The notes: generated from the sequence alone by a model not told the origin. 64,000 nucleotides of DNA from Deltaproteobacteria bacterium Ga0077539 (GCA_001465015.1 LNEO01000143.1:62864-126863), one strand, 5' to 3'; counted from the stretch's first letter, positions 26,401 to 37,541 are shown. Translations and numbers: made by a program.

Positions 26401-28895
26401 GCGAGAAGCGACGCGTTGCGCGTCAGCGCGTACGGGGTCGTCCTCGTGAGCGTCTCGAGCGGCACGACCGCTCGCGGGTCTCCGAGCTCGCGTAGCGCCG
26501 CGGCTCCGACCGGCGCGAGCCGCGGGTCTTCGAGCAGATCGACCCACGTCGAAAACGATCGCGGATCGCGGAGCGATCGCAGCGCTTCGATCGCAGCGTC
26601 ACGGTCGGAGTCGGTCGCGGATCGATCGATCGCCCACGCAGCGAGCACCGAGGCTCCGTCGCGTTCACCGACGATCGCGAGGCCGAGCGCGGCGGACCGG
26701 CTGAGCGCCAGGTGTGGCGAGGGCAGAGCGTCACGCGCAGCTCCGATGCCGCGGCGATCTCCGAGTCTGGTGAGGGCGACGCCTGCTTCGAGCGAGAGGT
26801 CGCGAGCGTTTCTCGTGGTTGCGCGCGCGAGGGCGCTGCGGATCGACTCGTCGCGCACTCCGAGCGCGGCGAGCGCGCGCACCGCGAGGATCGCCTTTCG
26901 GGCGTCCAGTCGTTCGATCGCCGCCGCCGCGCTGGCGGCCGCCGCGCGGTCTCCCTGAATCGCGCGCTCGACGGACGGCGGCAGGTCGTCTGCGACGTGG
27001 GTGAGGCTCGTGCCTTCGCGCTCGAACGCTGCGTGCGATGCGTCCCAGCCGGCGATCAAGGGTCGCAGCCGCTGGAGCAAGTCGCCTCGCGCGTCGGCGA
27101 GGTTGTTGCGTTCGCGAGGATCTGCGGCGAGGTCGAAGAGCTCGCACGTCTGCTCGGCGACGTCGCAGAGGAGCTTGTTTCGCCCGTCGAACACCATGCG
27201 CTCGGAGGCGACGCTCGCGAACACATAGCGCGCAGGCGGTCCTCCGTTCGCGAGGGGTCCAAAATCGCGACCGCGAAGCCGCGGAGGACGCGCTCGTCCG
27301 ACGCCAGCGAGCAGCGTGGGCAAAAGATCGACGTGCGAGATCGGGCCTTGGACTCGGCGCGGCGTGAGTCCCGGCACAGAGAACACGAACGGGACGCGAA
27401 TCTGCTCGTCGTACACCGTGGTGCCGTGAAAGCGCCCGCCGTGCTCTCCGAACTCTTCGCCGTGGTCCGCGGTGAGAAAGAACGCCGCGCGCCGACCGCT
27501 GCGCGCGAAGCCCTCGACGAGTAAGCGAACCGCGTCGTCGACGGCGGCGACCTCCGCGTCGTATCGGCTCTGTGCAGAGGCCCCGCCGACGACGCGAGAG
27601 CCTGGGTGTGTTTCGTACGACTCGTGTGGCTCGAACAGATGCACCCACAAGAACGTGCGCTTCTCGCGTGGCTGCGAGTCGACCCACGCCAGCGCGTCTC
27701 GAACGCGGGGCTCGGCGGCCTGATAGCTCTCGACGCGGTGCTCGAAGCCGAACCCGCGCGCGCGAAGGTCGCCGATTCGATCGGCGTCCACTGCGAACAC
27801 CGCGGTCGGAAAGAACGCCGCCGTCGCGTATCCGGCCGCGCGAAGCTCTGCGGCGATCGTCGTGTGCGGCGTCGCGGGGCGCCCCAGCGCGCTGACGCCG
27901 CGAAAGTACTTTCCCGTCATGAGCGACGCGAGCGAGTACGACGTGTGCGGCGTCGTGCAGTACGCGCGCTCGACGACGATTCCTTGCCTTGCCATGGCGT
28001 CGATCGCTGGCGTCAATCCGCCGCGATGTCCGTAGGTCCCGAGGCGATCCCAGCGGAGCGCGTCGACCGTGACGAGGACGATGTCGACTCCTTCGAGGTC
28101 GAGGCTCGGGCCGCGCGCGACGCGATCGTCGTCGACCACGACTCGGACGGGCTGTCGCGGCAACAGCCGTGAAGCAGCGCGAACGACGTACGACGAAAAC
28201 GGGGCGTGTTGCCGCGCCCTCGCCCTCGCCCGTTGTGATCCGAGGAGCGCCGCCGTAGATCCGAGCGAGACGATCATCGCCGCGACGAGCGCGACGACCG
28301 TTTGGCGTGCGACGAGTGCGCGAGCCTGAAGCGCGATCGCGCTGACCAACGCCGCTGTGGCGGTCAGCGCGGCGATCGCGTGCAGGGCGGGATACAACCG
28401 AACGAGCAACGCTGCGTGGGCATACCCGAGCCCCGCCGCGGCCAGCGCGAGCGCGAGCGCGAAGACTCCACGATGCCGCGCGACTCGCTCTCGAAGCCAA
28501 GGAGCCGCAGATGCGATGAGCGCTGCCGCGACGGCGCCTCCCGTGATCGTGGCCGCGATGAGCGCGGGCCGAAGCGGCGAGCTCTTCATCGCGGATCCCG
28601 AGAAGGCCGCGAGCCCGAGCGCTCCGCCGGCGCCCGCCCCGACGACGAGCCCCAGAACGACGCGCGCGAGTCGCTGCAACGAGAGCGCCCACTGCCCGAG
28701 CCGCGCGACGATCGCGCTCGCGGGCACCATGACCACCACGAGCGCGCCGATCGCAGCGACGACGAAGAGCGCTGACTCGACGGCCGGAGCTGGGCTTCGT
28801 CCAAGGGCGAAGCTCGCGTCGACGAGCCCGAGCAACGCCGCTGCCCCGAGCGCTGCTCGAGCTGCGTGGAGAGGAGAAAGGGGGCGGTCTGTCAC
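26346..28895 (-). CDS. Membrane-anchored sulfatase-like enzyme (alkaline-phosphatase superfamily) with C-terminal HEAT-like repeats
   Basis: About 7 N-terminal TM helices. Catalytic core: IVLVTVDALRWDRLG...YCTTPHTSYSLASLMTG...HLFEPHESY...FLTADHGEEFGEHG. HEAT-like repeats (ALGVRDESIRSALA..., LRSLRDPRS..., LRELGDPRAVVPL). The GTG start at 28895 overlaps the recG stop (GTGA). Confidence 0.75.
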   Translation of the reverse strand: MTDRPLSPLHAARAALGAAALLGLVDASFALGRSPAPAVESALFVVAAIGALVVVMVPASAIVARLGQWALSLQRLARVVLGLVVGAGAGGALGLAAFSGSAMKSSPLRPALIAATITGGAVAAALIASAAPWLRERVARHRGVFALALALAAAGLGYAHAALLVRLYPALHAIAALTATAALVSAIALQARALVARQTVVALVAAMIVSLGSTAALLGSQRARARARQHAPFSSYVVRAASRLLPRQPVRVVVDDDRVARGPSLDLEGVDIVLVTVDALRWDRLGTYGHRGGLTPAIDAMARQGIVVERAYCTTPHTSYSLASLMTGKYFRGVSALGRPATPHTTIAAELRAAGYATAAFFPTAVFAVDADRIGDLRARGFGFEHRVESYQAAEPRVRDALAWVDSQPREKRTFLWVHLFEPHESYETHPGSRVVGGASAQSRYDAEVAAVDDAVRLLVEGFARSGRRAAFFLTADHGEEFGEHGGRFHGTTVYDEQIRVPFVFSVPGLTPRRVQGPISHVDLLPTLLAGVGRARPPRLRGRDFGPLANGGPPARYVFASVASERMVFDGRNKLLCDVAEQTCELFDLAADPRERNNLADARGDLLQRLRPLIAGWDASHAAFEREGTSLTHVADDLPPSVERAIQGDRAAAASAAAAIERLDARKAILAVRALAALGVRDESIRSALARATTRNARDLSLEAGVALTRLGDRRGIGAARDALPSPHLALSRSAALGLAIVGERDGASVLAAWAIDRSATDSDRDAAIEALRSLRDPRSFSTWVDLLEDPRLAPVGAAALRELGDPRAVVPLETLTRTTPYALTRNASLLALATRESSFATRSRASRC

Positions 28896-30982
28896 CCAGC
28901 GTCCTCTGCGGTGGGATGTTGCCCTCGGGCGAGCAGGCGCTTTGCGGCCCGATCGAGCGCTGGGTGCGCCGCGAGCGTCGGGTCGCGCTCGAGCAGCTCG
29001 CGCGCGGCCTCGACGGCGCGAAGAACGAGCGCGCGATCGCGAAGCGGGTCGGCGAAGCAGAAGCTGCGATCGCGTCCTGATTGTTCCTCGCCGAACCACT
29101 CGCCCGCGCCGCGCCGTTCGAGGTCGCGTTCAGCGAGCGCAAAGCCATCGGAGCAGGCGGCGACCTCGTCGAGTCGCTCGCGCGCGGCGGGCTCGGATGA
29201 CTCGGGGACCATCACGCACCCTGCCCGCTGGCCTCCGCGGCCGACGCGCCCCCTGAGCTGATGGAGTTGCGCGATGCCAAAGTGTTCGGCGCCGAGGATC
29301 ACGATCAGGTTCGCGTCGGGGACGTCGAGACCGACCTCGATCACGGACGTTCCCAGCAGGATCGGATGGGAGCCCGATCGAAAGGCGTGAAGCGCCTCGC
29401 GCTGAGCGTCCGCGCCGAGCTGACCGTGCAGGACGACGATGCGATCGCGTGGAAAATGCTTGGACAACATCGCGTCCGCCTCCGCGATGGTCACCGCGCT
29501 CGCGTCGTCGGCCTCGATCCTCGGCACGACGACGAACACACGCCCGCGCCCTTCGTTCGCCTCGAGGGCGCGGCGGATGGTGTTCGCGATGAACGCGTGG
29601 TCGCCCGGCTCGATTACGCGCGAGGTGATGGGCTGCCTCGAAGACGGTCCCTTCTGCATCGTGACGACGTCGAGGTCGCCGTACTGCGCGAGCGCGAGCG
29701 TCCTGGGAATCGGCGTCGCCGACACAACCAGCATGTGCGCTGAGCGATCCTTCACCATCGCCATTCGTTGCGCGACGCCGAATCGATGTTGCTCGTCGAT
29801 CACAGCGAGGCCGAGGTCCGGCGGGAGCGAGTCTTCTTCGAGCAGCGCGTGCGTCCCTACTACGAGCCGAATTTGCCCGCGCGCGATGGCTTTGCGAGCC
29901 GCGGTTCGCGCGCGTTTGGGAGTCGATCCGAGGAGCACTGCGATCGGCGCACCCTCGCCGCCGAGCGCCCGCGCGAGGGTGTTGGCGTGTTGTTCTGCCA
30001 CGATCGATGTTGGAACGAGCCAGGCGACCGATCGCCCTGCGCGAAGCGTCGCGAGCGAGGCGGCAGCAGCGACGAGGGTCTTGCCCGAGCCGACGTCGCC
30101 GACGAGCAAACGACGCATGGGCTGGTCGATCGTCATCGAGCGCAGGATCGCGTCGATCGCCTCGGCTTGCGACGGAGTGAGCTCGAACCCGAGGCGCTTT
30201 GCGATGTGCGGTCCGACGCTGAGGTCGAACGGGATCGGGTGCGCGTGGCCCGCGTGTTTGCGCGCGCGCTCGAGCGCGACCGACGCCGCGAGAAGCTCTT
30301 CGAACGCGAGTCGCTGGTGCGCCCAGGACGTTCCTCGCTGGAGGGCGATGAGCTGATCGACTGCGATGTTCGACGGAGGCCGATGAATCGTTCGCAGCGA
30401 GTCTTGCGACGAGCGGAGCTTCATCGCGCGCGCGAGCTCGACGGGTACAGGGTCCGCCCACTCGTCGACGCGCTCGAGCGCCGACTGTACGATCCTCGCG
30501 ATCGTCGCGGGCGCGAGCGTCGATACGCCGCCATACACCGCCTCGATCGGCGCGAATTTCGCGTCTGGCGCGAGCACGCGAGGCTGGTGCAGCTCGAGCT
30601 CGCCGCGGCCTTCTCTGAGCGAGCCGATCACGCGAATCCTGGCGCCGAGCGGAGTGCGCGCGGCCATCCCAGGCGGCGCATGGAAGAACACCACGCGCAA
30701 AACGCCTCTTCCGTCGGGCTGTCGGAGCAGCAGCGAGACGCCTCCGCCGCGCAGCGGGCCGATTCGCCGCGTGTCTACGACGGTGCCCAGAAGCGCGACG
30801 GTGGCCCCGGTGACTCGCTCGTTGACCAGCTGCCAGTCGTCGGCCGCGCGAAGATCCAGATATCTCCGCGGCGCCCGCGCAAGGAGGTCACCTGCGGTGT
30901 GAACCGATCGTCCGCGGAGGATCGCAGCGGCTTGCAGCCCCACGTGCTTCACCTCGGCGACGGGCAGGTCCTGCAGGTCCAT
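28892..30982 (-). CDS. recG: ATP-dependent DNA helicase RecG
   Basis: Wedge/OB N-terminal domain; helicase motif I GDVGSGKT; motif II VIDEQHRFGV; later motifs QLHQLRGRVGRG. Start at ATG 30982 (MDLQDLPV...). Confidence 0.9.
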   Translation of the reverse strand: MDLQDLPVAEVKHVGLQAAAILRGRSVHTAGDLLARAPRRYLDLRAADDWQLVNERVTGATVALLGTVVDTRRIGPLRGGGVSLLLRQPDGRGVLRVVFFHAPPGMAARTPLGARIRVIGSLREGRGELELHQPRVLAPDAKFAPIEAVYGGVSTLAPATIARIVQSALERVDEWADPVPVELARAMKLRSSQDSLRTIHRPPSNIAVDQLIALQRGTSWAHQRLAFEELLAASVALERARKHAGHAHPIPFDLSVGPHIAKRLGFELTPSQAEAIDAILRSMTIDQPMRRLLVGDVGSGKTLVAAAASLATLRAGRSVAWLVPTSIVAEQHANTLARALGGEGAPIAVLLGSTPKRARTAARKAIARGQIRLVVGTHALLEEDSLPPDLGLAVIDEQHRFGVAQRMAMVKDRSAHMLVVSATPIPRTLALAQYGDLDVVTMQKGPSSRQPITSRVIEPGDHAFIANTIRRALEANEGRGRVFVVVPRIEADDASAVTIAEADAMLSKHFPRDRIVVLHGQLGADAQREALHAFRSGSHPILLGTSVIEVGLDVPDANLIVILGAEHFGIAQLHQLRGRVGRGGQRAGCVMVPESSEPAARERLDEVAACSDGFALAERDLERRGAGEWFGEEQSGRDRSFCFADPLRDRALVLRAVEAARELLERDPTLAAHPALDRAAKRLLARGQHPTAEDAG

Positions 30983-31026
30983 GGGTGCGCTCCGAGCGCC
31001 TCGCGCCCTGTTGGCGTCGCTGCTTC

Positions 31027-31515
31027 TCAGTCGTTGAACGCCAAGGCGAGCACCTCGTACACGCGGGTGCCGTTCGGCGTAACGAGCTTGATCTCGTCGC
31101 CGACCTCCTTGCCGATCATCGCTTTGCCGATCGGCGAGGAAACAGATACGCGGCCGTGGTCGATGTCTGCTTCCATGGGACCGACGAGCTGATACTTCAC
31201 CTCGTCGCCGGTGTTGGTGTTCGACAGCGTCACGTAGGCGCCGAACGCGATCTTGTCGCCGGCCACGCGAGACGCCGGGATCACTTCGCCCCGCGCGAGC
31301 GCGTCCTCGATGAGGGCGATGCGTCCCTCGATGAAGCCCTGCTTCTCTTTCGCCGCGTGATACTCGGCGTTTTCGCGCAGGTCGCCGTGCTCGCGGGCGG
31401 TGGCGATCTCCTTGATGACCTTGGGCCGCTCGACGGACTTGAGCTGTTCGAGCTCTTCTTTGAGCCGCTTGTGGCCCGCGGGCGTCATTGGAACACTCGA
31501 CGGAAGATTCGCCAT
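31027..31515 (-). CDS. greA: Transcription elongation factor GreA
   Basis: [58 protein letters not shown]...[15 protein letters not shown] matches GreA almost motif for motif. Confidence 0.92.
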   Translation of the reverse strand: MANLPSSVPMTPAGHKRLKEELEQLKSVERPKVIKEIATAREHGDLRENAEYHAAKEKQGFIEGRIALIEDALARGEVIPASRVAGDKIAFGAYVTLSNTNTGDEVKYQLVGPMEADIDHGRVSVSSPIGKAMIGKEVGDEIKLVTPNGTRVYEVLALAFND

Positions 31516-31570
31516 GGCAGAACGCGGTTCGTAGCAGGCTCCGCACGGCGCGCACAACGGCGAATCACTG

Positions 31571-32872
31571 TCATCTTGGGCAGCGCGCGCGGAGGACGCC
31601 CGGCTCACCGGCGGGACCCCAGGCCGCGACGGTCGGCTCGATCGCGGTACCACCGACTGGGAGCTGCCCGACCAGCGCTGGCTCGTCGCGCGACGGGCCG
31701 ATCAGCCTGCCATCGCGATCGACCGACCGCCGAACGGTCACGAGGTCTTCGCCGCGCCGTTCGGTCCAATACACGTCCGCCCGATCTCCCTCGGAGACGA
31801 TCGCGATTCGTCCAGCGGGAACAACGTCGAGGTCCGTCAGGTATTCTGGCGTTCTGAGCGGGCGGAGGTCTTCGCCGAGCGCGACGACCGCGACGCGACC
31901 GCCGTCGCCGAGGCCGAGGTGATCGGAGTCCGACGCGAGCCGCCAGGCGATCCACCGACCCGCGCCGGTCACATGCATCGCGACGCCGAATCGCGTCTTG
32001 GGCCGAGGGGTCAGGACGATCGGCTCGCCGCGGGGCGACCCGTCGGGGGCGAGAGAACGAACGACGATGTCTGCTGCGCTCTGGTTGGCGATTTCGACGT
32101 CGACCTCTTGGAGCGCGAGGTACGCGACGATCGCACCTCCGTCCGGCAGCGCCGCGAGAACCGGGTCCGAGGCGTCGTGTTCGGGAGCGCTCACCGTCAG
32201 GGTGGCTGGCTCGCGTCGCTCGTCGCCAGTCCAGCGCTGCACTCGGACTGCGCTGCGTCCCTCCCGGACGGCCTCGTCCCACGCGACCAGCGCCGCGCCC
32301 CGAACGGCGCAAGCGGCGATGTTGAGCGCGTCGTCGGCGACCCCTCGACGCGTCGCGAGCAAGCGCAGCGCAGATCCTTCGGTCACGTAGGCTCGCTGAA
32401 GGCGAGCTCCGTCGTCGGTGGCCACGGAAAACGCGAGTGTTCGCTCCGGAGAAAGCTCGATGGCGCGAAGCGCGCGAACAGACTCGAGCCCGACGGCGAT
32501 GCGCGTCGTGTTGTTTGCCGCGCGCGTGAGCCGAAGCGTCGAGGTCGAGCGGTCGACGAAGGCCGCGAACGCGCCGCGCGATCCCCATTCGAGCGACGGC
32601 GTTTCGAAGCGCTCGAGCGCAGCGTCACCGACATTGTCTGCGAGGGACGTGCGCGGCCCGACCGTGCAGGGATTCGCCGCGGGCCTCGTGTCCCCACCTG
32701 CGTCGTCGAAGCCTTCGAAGTCCGGCTCCTCCCCAGGGCGCGGCTGCATCGGAAGCGGAGTTCGAGTCGGGGTCGCCGAGCTGTTACATCGGCACGCGGA
32801 AAGGAGCGCCGCGAGCGCTGCCAGCGCGCTTCGGGCGACGAGACGATTCGGGTTGAAACAAGAGCGAAGCAT
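31571..32872 (-). CDS. Hypothetical lipoprotein
   Basis: ATG start, lipobox ALLSAC. I recognised no family. It is divergent from the hydrolase lipoprotein gene. Confidence 0.5.
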   Translation of the reverse strand: MLRSCFNPNRLVARSALAALAALLSACRCNSSATPTRTPLPMQPRPGEEPDFEGFDDAGGDTRPAANPCTVGPRTSLADNVGDAALERFETPSLEWGSRGAFAAFVDRSTSTLRLTRAANNTTRIAVGLESVRALRAIELSPERTLAFSVATDDGARLQRAYVTEGSALRLLATRRGVADDALNIAACAVRGAALVAWDEAVREGRSAVRVQRWTGDERREPATLTVSAPEHDASDPVLAALPDGGAIVAYLALQEVDVEIANQSAADIVVRSLAPDGSPRGEPIVLTPRPKTRFGVAMHVTGAGRWIAWRLASDSDHLGLGDGGRVAVVALGEDLRPLRTPEYLTDLDVVPAGRIAIVSEGDRADVYWTERRGEDLVTVRRSVDRDGRLIGPSRDEPALVGQLPVGGTAIEPTVAAWGPAGEPGVLRARCPR

Positions 32873-32990
32873 CGTAGGGATGCGGGCGATCGGGGGCGGT
32901 GGGTGCTGGCGCGCCGAGCTGCTGGTGGAGCGCAGCCCTGTTGTGGCGCATCACGAGCGAAAAGACGAAGAACCGAGTACGATTCGCGCC

Positions 32991-35057
32991 ATGAAGTTTC
33001 GCTTCGTTGGACGAGCGGCGTTGGTGTTGGCGGTGTCGAGCGTCTCGATTGGTTGCTCGACGCCCCGTCCCCCGGCGGACGCAGGCGACTCATCGGTGCT
33101 GTCGGATATTTCGCAGCCCGACTCGATGCTCGACGACGTTCCCGTGGTTGATACGGGCGTGGACACAGGGGTCGACGTCGCTCCCGACGTGCTGACGCCC
33201 ACCGAGCCGGTGATCGCGCGCTTCGAGATTCCCGCGATGGGTCCAGCGCCGAACCAGTTTCTCCTTCCCTGGCCGTCCGACCTCGCGGTCGACAGCATGG
33301 GAAAGGTCGATCTTCGATACATCCCTGGCGTCATGGCGGGCGGGCTCGCGCGCACGTACGTCGAGCAGATGGCGGGCAAGCTCGACGGGTTTTCTCCGGC
33401 CGGCGCCACGTATTTTCGCTTCAGCGCGATCATCGATCCGCGCTCTCTCCCTGCGACGCCCGGCGCGTCGGTCCTGCCCGACGCGAGCGTGCAGATCGTC
33501 AACGTGGACCCGCGCAGCTCGGAGGTCGGGCGGTCGATCCCGGCCATCTTCCAGTTTCGGATCTTTGCGTCACGGTACTGGCCTGCCAACACGCTCGCCG
33601 TCGCGCCTGCGCCTGGCTTTCCGCTCCGTCCGCGAACCCGTTACGCGGTCATCGTGACCGATCGACTTCGCGGCGGCGACGGCACTCCTGTGCGTCGCGA
33701 CGCGGACTTTACGAGCGCGATCGGCGAGACGGTTCCTGCGAGGCTGATGCGGGTCGCTGACGTCTACAAGCCTGCGCTCATGGCGTTGCCCGAGGCGCTT
33801 CGCTCTCGCGTCGCGTCGATGGCGGTCTTCACGACGTCTGATCCCACTGAGCAGTTCTTTCGCGCCGTCGACGTGACGCTCGCGTCCGCGCGCGAGCCCG
33901 CGGTGCGCATGGTGATGCCCTCGGGATCCAACGAGTTCTACGCGATCTATCGCGGGACCTTCGGACCCAACCCGGTCTTTCAGTCTGGTCCAGCGCCCTA
34001 CGACGCCGAAGGCTCCGGGGACTTTGTCGCGGATGGCGCTGGAGCGCCGATCATTCAACGCTACGAAGAGAGCATCGCCTTCGCGCTCACGGTCCCTGCG
34101 GGACCGATGCCCACCAACGGTTGGCCCATCGCGATCTACGCCCATGGAACGGGCGGCGACTCCGACTCGTTTATCTCCGACGGAACAGCGCGCTCGCTCG
34201 CCGCGCAGGGCATCGCGTGCCTCGGCTTCGATCAGCTCTTCAACGGCGCGAGGACTGTCGCCGGCGGGTCGCCCGAGGGACAGTTCTTCAACTTCGCCAA
34301 TCCGCTCGCTGCGCGGTCGAACAATCGCCAGGCGGGCATCGACCTCGTTCAGGCCGGTCGACTCGTTCGAACGCTCACGCTCAGCGCGATGGTGTCTGGC
34401 GGCGCCGAGGTTCGTTTCGACGGCGCTAACGTGATGTTCTACGGCCATTCTCAGGGCGGATTGAACGGGCCGCTCTGGCTCGCCGCCGCGCAGGGGCCTG
34501 CCGCCGCGGTGCTCTCTGGCGCTGGTGGTTGGCTCTCGCTCTCGCTCGTGCTCAAGACGCAGCCCGTAAACATCCCCGGCATCGTCGCGGGGCTCCTCTC
34601 TGTTCCTCCGAGCGAGCTGACGCCGTTGCACCCGGCGATCACGCTGGCGCAGACGATCGCGGACCCGGCCGATCCCGCGCACTACGGTCGATACATCGTG
34701 AACGAGCCGCGCATGGGCGGCGCGCCGCGACACGTGTTTTTGACGCAGGGTTTCCTCGACCGATACACGCCTCCTCCGGCGATCGCCGCGCTCGCGACGT
34801 CCATTGGTCTGCCGCTCATCGAGCCGGTGACACACCCCGACGTCGCCGCTCCGCTCGCCGACTGGCCGCGGGTGCGCGCGCCCTTCTCACGCAACCTGGC
34901 GATGGGCGCAGCGACTGGCGGCTGGTCTCAGTACAACGCGCCTGGTCGCACCGACGGTCACTTCGTGATCTTCAATGTCCCAGAGGCGACGTTGCGCGCG
35001 GCGAGGTTTCTGTCGACGTACGTCGCCAACCGCGCGACCGGCCCGCGAGTCGAGTAG
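32991..35057 (+). CDS. Secreted alpha/beta-hydrolase-fold lipoprotein (serine hydrolase)
   Basis: Lipobox VSSVSIGC at ATG 32991. IAIYAHGTGGDSDSF sits in the oxyanion region, and the GHSQG nucleophile elbow is in VMFYGHSQGGLNG. Confidence 0.6.
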   Translation: MKFRFVGRAALVLAVSSVSIGCSTPRPPADAGDSSVLSDISQPDSMLDDVPVVDTGVDTGVDVAPDVLTPTEPVIARFEIPAMGPAPNQFLLPWPSDLAVDSMGKVDLRYIPGVMAGGLARTYVEQMAGKLDGFSPAGATYFRFSAIIDPRSLPATPGASVLPDASVQIVNVDPRSSEVGRSIPAIFQFRIFASRYWPANTLAVAPAPGFPLRPRTRYAVIVTDRLRGGDGTPVRRDADFTSAIGETVPARLMRVADVYKPALMALPEALRSRVASMAVFTTSDPTEQFFRAVDVTLASAREPAVRMVMPSGSNEFYAIYRGTFGPNPVFQSGPAPYDAEGSGDFVADGAGAPIIQRYEESIAFALTVPAGPMPTNGWPIAIYAHGTGGDSDSFISDGTARSLAAQGIACLGFDQLFNGARTVAGGSPEGQFFNFANPLAARSNNRQAGIDLVQAGRLVRTLTLSAMVSGGAEVRFDGANVMFYGHSQGGLNGPLWLAAAQGPAAAVLSGAGGWLSLSLVLKTQPVNIPGIVAGLLSVPPSELTPLHPAITLAQTIADPADPAHYGRYIVNEPRMGGAPRHVFLTQGFLDRYTPPPAIAALATSIGLPLIEPVTHPDVAAPLADWPRVRAPFSRNLAMGAATGGWSQYNAPGRTDGHFVIFNVPEATLRAARFLSTYVANRATGPRVE

Positions 35058-35169
35058 CGACCTGCCTCGCGCGGCGCCTCCATCAACGGGAAGCAGCGCG
35101 AGATCGATACAGCACATGTATTCAATGTGCGCGCGATCTACCGTGTCATGGACGGCTGTCCGAGCCGCG

Positions 35170-35802
35170 CTACGGCGCGAGCGGACGCTCTCGGTTGGGG
35201 CGCTGGCCGAGGTCGCACTCCCAGATCTGAACGTCTGCGTGCTCCCGCCGCGGGTCTTCAACTTGCTGGGCGAAGGGCACCGCGGCGCTCAGCCGCCATC
35301 CGCCCTCGGTCAACACGAGGCCCTCGATCCAGGCTCCCCACAGGCTGTCGCGCTCGGCGCCGACGACCAGCAGCCGATCGACGATCAGCGCGGACTCGCG
35401 CAAGCCGTCGGGGCCGTTGCGCTCAGCGATCCTGGCGCCCCTGGCGCAAAACCCAACGAGAGGCGTCGCGCCGAGCGAGCGAAAATGCACCCAGCGCGAC
35501 TCTCCGTCGGTGGACTCGGAGCCGACCTGCGCGTTTTGAATTCGTGTGATCGCAGACGCGGCGTAGAGCTGCGTGATCTCGTCGGGGCGAAGCCTCGCTG
35601 CGCGGTGCGCCTCCGCGCCGCGCGCGGCGAAGGCGGCTCGCAGCGACACCGTAGCGTCTCGCAGCTGCGCCAGCGCCCAGTCGGCGTCTGGGCGCTCACC
35701 AGCTCCGACGGGCGCGATTGGCCGAAGGCCGGGCGCGATCGAGGTGTTGGTGCAGCTCGTGAGGGCGAACGTGACGATCGCCGAGCGAAGCGCGCGGTTC
35801 AT
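35170..35802 (-). CDS. Hypothetical lipoprotein; third gene of the coupled three-gene operon
   Basis: The ATG at 35802 overlaps the upstream stop (ATGA). Lipobox FALTSC. Confidence 0.5.
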   Translation of the reverse strand: MNRALRSAIVTFALTSCTNTSIAPGLRPIAPVGAGERPDADWALAQLRDATVSLRAAFAARGAEAHRAARLRPDEITQLYAASAITRIQNAQVGSESTDGESRWVHFRSLGATPLVGFCARGARIAERNGPDGLRESALIVDRLLVVGAERDSLWGAWIEGLVLTEGGWRLSAAVPFAQQVEDPRREHADVQIWECDLGQRPNRERPLAP

Positions 35803-37541
35803 GGCGGGGTCCCTCCGGTCTCGGCGAGCCGTTCGGTGTCGACCCGTTCGAATCTTTGCCACACGGCGTCGCGCTCGGGTTCACGCTGATCGAGCTCGAC
35901 CTCGAATCGAACGCGGGTTGGAAGCACCACGCAGTGGGTCAGCCGCGACGAGCCGAAGCCCGATCCGCGCGCGAGCTCTGCGCCGGTCGGACCGCGAAGG
36001 GTCGTCGAGAGGGGCGCGAACGGTCTGCCCAGAGACGCGACCACACGCGTGCAGGTGCCGGCGGCGAGATCGAACTCACGGGCGCGAGCCGAAGCCGCGC
36101 CGACTCGAATTCGTTCGGGCGTTGCGATCGCCCTCCACGGTGCGCCGTGCGAGAGCTGCTGCGAGAAGACCTCCGAAACGAGCAGCCGCTCGAGTCCCTG
36201 AGTCCAAGAGGGCGTCGGCGTCGTGGCTGTGACGAGCGCGAGCTCTCCGCCGCCGACCTCGACGCGCTGCCTCGCGAGGACGCGCTCGCGGCTCGACGAA
36301 CACAAGACCGTCGCGGCGATTCCGTCCGCGTACGATCCGCGAGCGAGCAGTTCTCCGGCGTCGTCGAAGATCGAGAGCGCGTTGCGTCCGACGCCCCGAC
36401 CTGCCACCGATGCGACGAGCGTGCAGCGCGACGACTCGAGCTGAAGGGCGCTCTCGCGGGACTCGGACATGGAGAACGCGACCGGCGCGAGCGGGTTCGA
36501 CATGGTGAAACCCTGGCTCGAATACCGCGCGCGCGCAGCGGCCGTTCGCTGGTCGATCGGCGTCGGAGAAAGCGCGATGGACGTGCGCTCTCCGAGCCAC
36601 AACGTGTTGGATCCGCCAAAGGACGCTGCGTCCGCGGCGAACGCGAGCACGACCACGGTGCCTGCGGCTTGCCCTCGAACCTCGACGCGCATCGAGCCTT
36701 GCGCGCTCGGGCAGAGCTGCGCTGCGGCGTCGCGGTCGGGACGTGTGTCGGAGGCTTGGAGCTCTCCCTCCGCGTCGAACACGCGGAGATCGACGCTCGA
36801 TGCGTCGCTGTCCGAGATCGCCGCGAACGTGTAGCAGCGGTCGGGCGTCACCGCGACCGGAACGTTGACCGCGCCGCCAGGCACGACCGAGAGCCGCGTG
36901 GCGTCGTTGAGCGCGGCGAATCCCCGACGCGCAAGGCTCGCGCGCAGGTCGCTCGCTCGCCGCTCGGCGTCGCTCGCGCTGTTGCGCGTGGAGACCGCCG
37001 CGCCTGGGCGACCGCCCACGATGCGCGCGATCGCTTCCATCGCGCGACGGTCGCCCGTGAAGAGCGCGAGCGCGTAGGCGCCCTCGCCCTCGAACGCCTG
37101 CGCGACGTGAAACACACGTCGTGCCTCGTCCGCGCAGAGCTGGACGGTGGGGTGCGAGTCTGGCTCGAGGTCTTCGACGAGCAGCTCGCCCTCGGCGTCG
37201 TAGACGCGCGCGTCGAGGTCGCCGACGCCCGGAGACGCTACGGCCACGAGCGTGACGCAGGTCGCCGCTGGAACATCCACGCCGTGCGTGATGCTCTGCT
37301 TCTCTGTGAGAAATCCGTGCCCGAGATAGCGCACGAATCGCGCTCCCGAGGGCGCTGCGCTGCGGACGATGGCCTCGACGCGCTGAGCGAGGACCGCGGG
37401 TGGCGCCTCGGTGGACGACGGGACTCGGTCGGGCCGCGACTGGACGCGCGGCGTCGCGGTGCACGGCGGACAGCGGGTCGTCTGCGTGTGTTGCACGCAC
37501 GCGCTCAGCGCGACCGCGAGGGCCGCTCGAGACCGCATCAT
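35799..37541 (-). CDS. Lipoprotein made of four tandem ~110-140-aa Cys-pair modules (PPC-like by pattern)
   Basis: Lipobox VALSAC. Four repeats each have C-x(20-25)-[DL]x[RI][VF]D-x2-GE[L]-x(15-20)-C, for example CYTFAAISDSDASSVDLRVFDAEGELQASDTRPDRDAAAQLC. The ATGA overlap with the upstream gene fixes the start at 37541. Confidence 0.55.
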   Translation of the reverse strand: MMRSRAALAVALSACVQHTQTTRCPPCTATPRVQSRPDRVPSSTEAPPAVLAQRVEAIVRSAAPSGARFVRYLGHGFLTEKQSITHGVDVPAATCVTLVAVASPGVGDLDARVYDAEGELLVEDLEPDSHPTVQLCADEARRVFHVAQAFEGEGAYALALFTGDRRAMEAIARIVGGRPGAAVSTRNSASDAERRASDLRASLARRGFAALNDATRLSVVPGGAVNVPVAVTPDRCYTFAAISDSDASSVDLRVFDAEGELQASDTRPDRDAAAQLCPSAQGSMRVEVRGQAAGTVVVLAFAADAASFGGSNTLWLGERTSIALSPTPIDQRTAAARARYSSQGFTMSNPLAPVAFSMSESRESALQLESSRCTLVASVAGRGVGRNALSIFDDAGELLARGSYADGIAATVLCSSSRERVLARQRVEVGGGELALVTATTPTPSWTQGLERLLVSEVFSQQLSHGAPWRAIATPERIRVGAASARAREFDLAAGTCTRVVASLGRPFAPLSTTLRGPTGAELARGSGFGSSRLTHCVVLPTRVRFEVELDQREPERDAVWQRFERVDTERLAETGGTPP

